32,000 bases of DNA from Methylorubrum extorquens (lineage in GTDB: Bacteria; Pseudomonadota; Alphaproteobacteria; Rhizobiales; Beijerinckiaceae). How positions within the stretch are numbered: the first letter of the stretch is position 1; each line of letters begins with the position of its first letter. Of the stretch, positions 28,056 to 32,000 are shown piece after piece. The translations under genes were made by a program, and so were the position numbers. The stretch covers positions 870,001 to 902,000 of the forward strand of contig LT962688.1 of assembly GCA_900234795.1 (NCBI GenBank). The letters run 5' to 3'. The notes under the pieces were generated by a model. The model saw only the letters and a program-made list of their open reading frames with translations, was not told the origin of the DNA and ran no database searches.

Positions 28056-28062
28056 ATGCTCA

Positions 28063-29016
28063 ATGCGCTTCGATCTGACCGACCTGCGCCTGTTCCTCCA
28101 TGTCGTCGAGGCGGAGAGCATCACCCGTGGCGCCGAGCGGGCCGGGCTGGCGCTTGCCTCGGCGAGCGAGCGCATCCGCGGCATGGAGGCGGATGGCGGC
28201 GTGCCGCTCTTGGAGCGCCATGCCCGCGGGGTGCGCCCGACGCCGGCGGGCCTCGCCGTGGTGCATCACGCCCGGCTCGTGCTCGGCCAGCTCGAACAGA
28301 TGCGCGGCGAACTCGGCCAGTACGCGAGGGGCCTGCGCGGTCATGTCAGGCTGCTGTCGATCACCGCGGCGGTCGCCGCCTTCCTGCCCGATGCGCTGTC
28401 CGGTTTCCTTGCGGCCTATCCCAGCGTCGACATCGATCTCGAGGAGCGCACCAGCCGCGAGACCGTCGATGCTCTGGCGGGTGGGCTTGCCGATCTCGGC
28501 ATCGTCGCCGACACGACCGATCTCGGCGCGCTCGAAACCCGGCCGCTCCTTCTCGATCGGATCGTGCTCGCCGTGCCGGCGGGCCATGCCCTGGCGCAGC
28601 GGAGCGGCGTCGCGTTCCGGGAGGTGCTGGACGAGCCTTTGGTCGGCCTCAGCCACGGCCGGGCGCTGCAGGCGCATCTCGCGACCCACGCTGCCCGCGC
28701 CGGCCGTCCGTTCAAGCTGCGGGTGCGCCTGAACGGGCTCGATGCGGTCTGCCGCATGGTCGAGCGGGGCGTCGGCGTGGCGATCGTGCCCGAGGCGGCG
28801 GCGCAGCGCGCGGCGGAGACGCTGGCGATCCGCGCGATTCCAATCGACGAGCCCTGGGCCGTGCGCCAGCTCAGGCTCTGCGCCCGCAGCTTCGCAGCGC
28901 TTCCCCCGCACGCCCGCCAACTCGCCGAGCACTTGGTGGCGCATCTCGGCGCAGCTGAGAGTCCGGCTTTCGAAAGGACAAACCCTTTCGCGGCTCCAGG
29001 GCAGAGCCCTGGCTGA
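28063..29016 (+). CDS. LysR family transcriptional regulator
   Basis: Starts MRFDLTDLRLFLHVVEAESITRGAERAGLALASASERIRGMEADGGVPLLERHARGVRPTPAG (winged HTH), followed by a LysR substrate-binding domain. ATG at 28063. Confidence 0.9.
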   Translation: MRFDLTDLRLFLHVVEAESITRGAERAGLALASASERIRGMEADGGVPLLERHARGVRPTPAGLAVVHHARLVLGQLEQMRGELGQYARGLRGHVRLLSITAAVAAFLPDALSGFLAAYPSVDIDLEERTSRETVDALAGGLADLGIVADTTDLGALETRPLLLDRIVLAVPAGHALAQRSGVAFREVLDEPLVGLSHGRALQAHLATHAARAGRPFKLRVRLNGLDAVCRMVERGVGVAIVPEAAAQRAAETLAIRAIPIDEPWAVRQLRLCARSFAALPPHARQLAEHLVAHLGAAESPAFERTNPFAAPGQSPG

Positions 29017-29044
29017 CATCCGTGATCGACGTCAGCGATCGCGA

Positions 29045-30055
29045 TCAGGCGAGGCGCTCGACCGATACGGGATGCCGCGGAACGCCCTGCTTCTCGAAGC
29101 AGGACAGGTTCTCGATGGTGGTCGCGGCAATCGCCGCCAGCGCCTCGGCGGTGAAGAAGGCCTGATGCCCCGTCACGATCACGTTCGGGAAGGTCAGCAG
29201 GCGCGAGAAGACGTCGTCCCGGATGATCTGGTTCGACAGATCCTCGAAGAAGAGGCCGCCTTCCTCCTCGTAGACGTCGAGACCGAGATCGCCGATCACC
29301 CCTGATTTCAAACCCTCGATCAGCGCCGCGGTATCGACGAGCGCCCCGCGCCCCGTATTGATCAGCATCACGCCGCGCTTCATCCGCGCCAGCGCGGCAC
29401 GGTCGATCATGTGATGCGTGTCGGGCGTCAGCGGGCAGTGCAAGGAGACGATGTCCGCCTCGGCCAAAAGCCGGTCGAGGCCCACCGCCTCCGCGCCGAA
29501 GCCGGCGAGTTCGGCCGAGGGCATGGGATCATAGGCTAGCACGCGGCAGCCGAAGCCGGCGAGGATGCGCGCGACCGCGCGACCGATCTTGCCGGTTCCG
29601 ACGATGCCGACCGTGCGTCCCTTGAGATCGAAGCCCAGCAACCCCTCGAGCGCGAAGTTTCCCTCGCGGACGCGGGCATAGGCCCGGTGGGTCTTGCGAT
29701 TGAGCGCGAGGATCAGGGCCACCGTATGCTCGGCGACCGCGTCCGGCGAATAGGCCGGGACGCGGCCGACCGCGATGCCGAGTTCCGCGGCGGCGGGAAG
29801 ATCGACATTGTTGAAGCCGGCGCTGCGCAGGGCCACCATCCGCGTCCCGGAGACGGCCAGCACCTCCAGAACGGGCCGGTCGAGCACGTCGTTGACGAAG
29901 GCACACACGGCCCGCGCTCCCTGCGTCAGCGGCGCGCTCTCATGGGTCAACCGGGCTTCGAGATAGCGCAGCCGGTGCGGCTCTCCCGCCGCCGCGTTGG
30001 CCCCGTCCAGGAACCGCCGATCATAGGCCTTGGTGCTGAAGATCGTGACGTCCAT
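29045..30055 (-). CDS. ldhA: D-lactate dehydrogenase (fermentative LdhA-like 2-hydroxyacid dehydrogenase)
   Basis: Resembles enterobacterial LdhA end to end as I recall it: FSTKAYDRRFL, LRSAGFNNVDL, VPAYSPDAVAEH, GIVGTGKIG, SLHCPLTPDTHH, NTGRGALVD, LDVYEEE..LFFED and VTGHQAFFT. Confidence 0.88.
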   Translation of the reverse strand: MDVTIFSTKAYDRRFLDGANAAAGEPHRLRYLEARLTHESAPLTQGARAVCAFVNDVLDRPVLEVLAVSGTRMVALRSAGFNNVDLPAAAELGIAVGRVPAYSPDAVAEHTVALILALNRKTHRAYARVREGNFALEGLLGFDLKGRTVGIVGTGKIGRAVARILAGFGCRVLAYDPMPSAELAGFGAEAVGLDRLLAEADIVSLHCPLTPDTHHMIDRAALARMKRGVMLINTGRGALVDTAALIEGLKSGVIGDLGLDVYEEEGGLFFEDLSNQIIRDDVFSRLLTFPNVIVTGHQAFFTAEALAAIAATTIENLSCFEKQGVPRHPVSVERLA

Positions 30056-30330
30056 GCGACCTCATCTCGCACGCTGCGATCCGACCATGCGGTTGATCCT
30101 GCATGCCGGGCGCGCGGTGATCGCCGATGTCCGCGGCGCGCGCTGCCTCAAACAGCACATAACCGCTGCCGCCTTGCCCTGATGCCTCGCGGGCTGTGGA
30201 TCATGACTGGCACCGAGCCGCCTCGGAACCACGCTCCGCGCCGGTCATGCGGATCCACCCATACCGGGCGTCGTGCACCCTCGAAGCAGGAAGCGTGTTG
30301 CAGGACGAGCAGGCCCGCGGATGAGACGCC

Positions 30331-30368
30331 AGAAACAAAAAACCCGCCAAGTCACGGACCGGGCGGGC
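30331..30368 (-). terminator. rho-independent terminator downstream of the tRNA-Gln 3' end
   Basis: The minus strand reads CCCGCC-cggtccgtgactt-GGCGGG followed by TTTTTTGTTTCT. It begins about 10 nt past the CCA end. Confidence 0.6.
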
Positions 30369-30377
30369 GAAAACCGA

Positions 30378-30439
30378 TGGCTGGGGGACCTGGATTCGAA
30401 CCAGGACTAGCGGAGTCAGAGTCCGCACCAACCAACTGG
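30378..30439 (-). pseudogene. tRNA-Gln(CUG) 3' fragment (D-arm to CCA, no 5' acceptor arm), putative att repeat
   Basis: The reverse complement reads CCAGTTGGTTGGT-GCGGA-CTCTGAC-TCCGC-TAGT-CCTGG-TTCGAAT-CCAGG-TCCCCCA-G-CCA. The anticodon is CUG, and A72/G73 are typical of tRNA-Gln. The upstream 7-mer (GTAGCGT) cannot pair with TCCCCCA. Confidence 0.6.
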
Positions 30440-30479
30440 AAACGCTACGCTTTTCTCCCGAACAGAGGAAAAAGCAGTC

Positions 30480-30746
30480 ATGCAATATCAAAGGGTTACG
30501 AAGAGAAATCCGACCAAACCTGCCTCAAAAGGGTACGGAGAAAAGCAAAACGCCGCTGCGGGGGGTAGAGCCCGCAACGGCGCTAATCGGAAGGATTCAG
30601 GCAAAGGAACCAAGCGAAAGAATACCGCCCGGCGAAACCCGCTGACAAGCGCCTCGGTGGCCGCCCTCGACCGAGAAGTCATGGTCTCCGGCGTGTTCAG
30701 CAGTCGCACCGCTGCGCGCAGCTTTCTGCTGGGAGCCGCGGCATGA
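30480..30746 (+). CDS. possible small basic protein (88 aa), doubtful
   Basis: Its only support is the ATGA stop/start overlap with the next ORF. The N-terminal half is Lys/Arg/Asn-rich low complexity, and the start is uncertain. Confidence 0.2.
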   Translation: MQYQRVTKRNPTKPASKGYGEKQNAAAGGRARNGANRKDSGKGTKRKNTARRNPLTSASVAALDREVMVSGVFSSRTAARSFLLGAAA

Positions 30747-31018
30747 GCGAGCACCCTTACTACGGCACGCCCGAGGAACTGCGCGACTTTGTGCACGAGT
30801 GCCTGCACATGACCGCCTTCTATTCCGGCATGGCGGTCAGCTATGCTGAGGCCCATGACGACGCGGGCCTTGAGTATTCCACCCGGAAAGCCGCCACTGC
30901 CTTAAAGTCAGGCGTGACCGTGCTCGGTATGCTCAAGCAGGCCAACGCCAAACTGCTGAAGGAGCGGCTGAGAGCACGCGCCGAACGCGAGGGCGCCGAC
31001 TTGGCGCTCGGGCTGTGA
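30743..31018 (+). CDS. hypothetical protein (91 aa), mobile-element associated
   Basis: ATG start with good coding bias. It is followed 11 nt later by the primase gene, which has a strong RBS. I recognise no family. Confidence 0.55.
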   Translation: MSEHPYYGTPEELRDFVHECLHMTAFYSGMAVSYAEAHDDAGLEYSTRKAATALKSGVTVLGMLKQANAKLLKERLRARAEREGADLALGL

Positions 31019-31029
31019 GGGAGGAAGGC

Positions 31030-32000
31030 ATGAGAGACTTTCCCTCTTTCGACGCGGAGCTTGATGACCTCGGGCCAGAGCCAGAAAGCCGCTGGCCAGG
31101 GTACGGCAACGATGAGCCGGAGCCCAAGCGCAAGCTGAAGCTCGACCACGATGGCGAGCCGCTGAACCAGGACTCAGCGGCGCAGGCGTTTGCCCAGCGC
31201 TACGCTGGGCGCCTGCTGTACTGCCACGACTCGGCCAAGTGGTACGAGTGGACGGGCGCCGCTTGGGAGCCCAACCGCTGCGGCATCGCTTTCCAGTGGT
31301 CTCGTGAGCTTATCCGTGAGCTGTTTGCTGAGAAGAGCGATAGGACGCGCTACATCGCCAGCAAGGTGGAGTTCGCAGGCGGAGTCGAGAAGTACTGCCG
31401 GCATGATCCAGCCCTCGCCGTCACTATCGAGGGCTGGGACGCCGATCCGTGGCTGTTGGGCACGCCCGGCGGCACAGTGGACCTGCGCACGGGCGACCTG
31501 CATCCGGCGGACCCTGCTGAGCGCATCACGAAGCTGACGGCGGTGGCGCCAGCCGAAGCGCCGAACTGCCCGAACTGGCTGCGCTTCCTTAACGACGTGA
31601 CACAGGGCGATGCCGGCTACATCCGGTTTCTGCAGCAATGGGCCGGCTACTGCCTGACCGGCGACACCAGCGAGCAGGCCCTGTGCTTCGCCTTTGGTGG
31701 CGGCGGCAACGGCAAGGGCGTGCTGATCCACGTGCTGGCCGGCATCCTGAAGGACTACGCTGTCAACGCCGCGATGGAGACCTTCACCGCGTCCAAGCAC
31801 GACCGCCACCCGACTGAGATTGCAGCCTTGCGCGGCGCACGGCTGGTGACGGCTTCGGAGACAGAGCAAGGCCGCCAGTGGGCAGAGGCCCGGATCAAGC
31901 AGCTGACCGGCGGCGACACCATGCGCGCCCGTTACATGCGGCAGGACGAGTTCGAGTTCACGCCCGTCCTGAAGCTGCTCATCATCGGCAACAACAAGCC
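31030..32000 (+). CDS. phage/plasmid primase, P4 family (D5-like primase-helicase), 3'-partial
   Basis: RBS GGGAGGAAGG, then ATG at 31030. My own translation gives ...WDADPWLLGTPGGTVDLRTG...ITKLTAV...CPNWLRFLNDVTQGD...FLQQWAGYCLTG..SEQALCFAFGGGGNGKGVL (Walker A)...IAALRGARLVTASE...QLTGGDTMRARYMRQDEFEFTPVLKLLIIGNNKP. It is open to the window end and is not in the ORF track. Confidence 0.85.
   Translation, partial: MRDFPSFDAELDDLGPEPESRWPGYGNDEPEPKRKLKLDHDGEPLNQDSAAQAFAQRYAGRLLYCHDSAKWYEWTGAAWEPNRCGIAFQWSRELIRELFAEKSDRTRYIASKVEFAGGVEKYCRHDPALAVTIEGWDADPWLLGTPGGTVDLRTGDLHPADPAERITKLTAVAPAEAPNCPNWLRFLNDVTQGDAGYIRFLQQWAGYCLTGDTSEQALCFAFGGGGNGKGVLIHVLAGILKDYAVNAAMETFTASKHDRHPTEIAALRGARLVTASETEQGRQWAEARIKQLTGGDTMRARYMRQDEFEFTPVLKLLIIGNNK

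Larger units (their letters stand above)
30378..32000. mobile_element. left end of a tRNA-Gln-associated integrative element (P4-like primase cargo), continues beyond the window
   Basis: A partial tRNA copy with chromosomal terminator on its left is followed by an AT-richer non-coding stretch with short direct repeats. Tightly packed plus-strand ORFs then end in a P4-family primase. Confidence 0.5.

Noticed and set aside
27915-29019. Long ORFs 27915..28958 (+), 28060..29019 (-) and 28100..28732 (+) overlapping the LysR gene
   Set aside because: These are alternative frames or the antisense strand of a well-supported LysR regulator, with Arg/Pro-rich shadow composition.
30378-30455. A complete tRNA-Gln gene
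   Set aside because: The T-arm, anticodon arm and 3' end are fine. However, the D-loop is abnormally short (CCAG-TTGG-TTGG) and no 5' acceptor strand complementary to TCCCCCA is present. I therefore treat it as a fragment or att repeat.
31174-31869. 231-aa minus-strand ORF
   Set aside because: It is antisense to the P4-family primase reading frame, which has clear conserved motifs including the Walker A.

Overview
High-GC (roughly two-thirds G+C by eye) alphaproteobacterial-looking chromosome segment. A Rhizobiales/Methylobacterium-like origin is only an inference from protein families and intergenic repeat style. Long Arg/Pro/Gly-rich antisense ORFs are common and were ignored. The window has four parts. 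(1) Core genes at 1-6.8 kb: SDR oxidoreductase, prfC, a small ORF, a TerB-like protein, a NitT/TauT-type ABC transporter whose binding-protein gene carries two frameshifts, and a DUF3597 protein. (2) A ~15.9-kb accessory block at 7.05-22.96 kb, which I interpret as a decayed genomic island inserted at tRNA-Leu(CAG). Support: an integrase N-terminal pseudogene lies next to the tRNA; a 19-nt tRNA-3'-end-like direct repeat sits at the far end beside what looks like the tRNA's original terminator; and a shared 11-13-nt motif lies about 60 nt inside both ends. Its cargo is two DJ-1/PfpI proteins, a flavin amine oxidase, a DUF308 membrane protein, AraC, a cNMP-binding TrxR-like flavoprotein lacking CxxC, a Zn-metallopeptidase, scrambled amidase remnants, TetR, and an RND pump plus adaptor with a second TetR. 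(3) A core block at 23.0-30.4 kb: tRNA-Leu, leuC, a 2-hydroxyacid dehydrogenase, a tandem Inh/Omp19-like secreted protein, TauE/SafE, LysR and ldhA. (4) From 30.38 kb, the left edge of a second integrative element. It starts with a tRNA-Gln(CUG) 3' fragment that has no 5' acceptor arm, followed by small ORFs and a P4-family primase that runs off the window. I saw no CRISPR array, rRNA, restriction-modification, toxin-antitoxin or other recognisable defence module. The most interesting signals are the two tRNA-anchored elements and their att architecture, candidate TetR operators, two dispersed-repeat families, and several specific pseudogenisation lesions.
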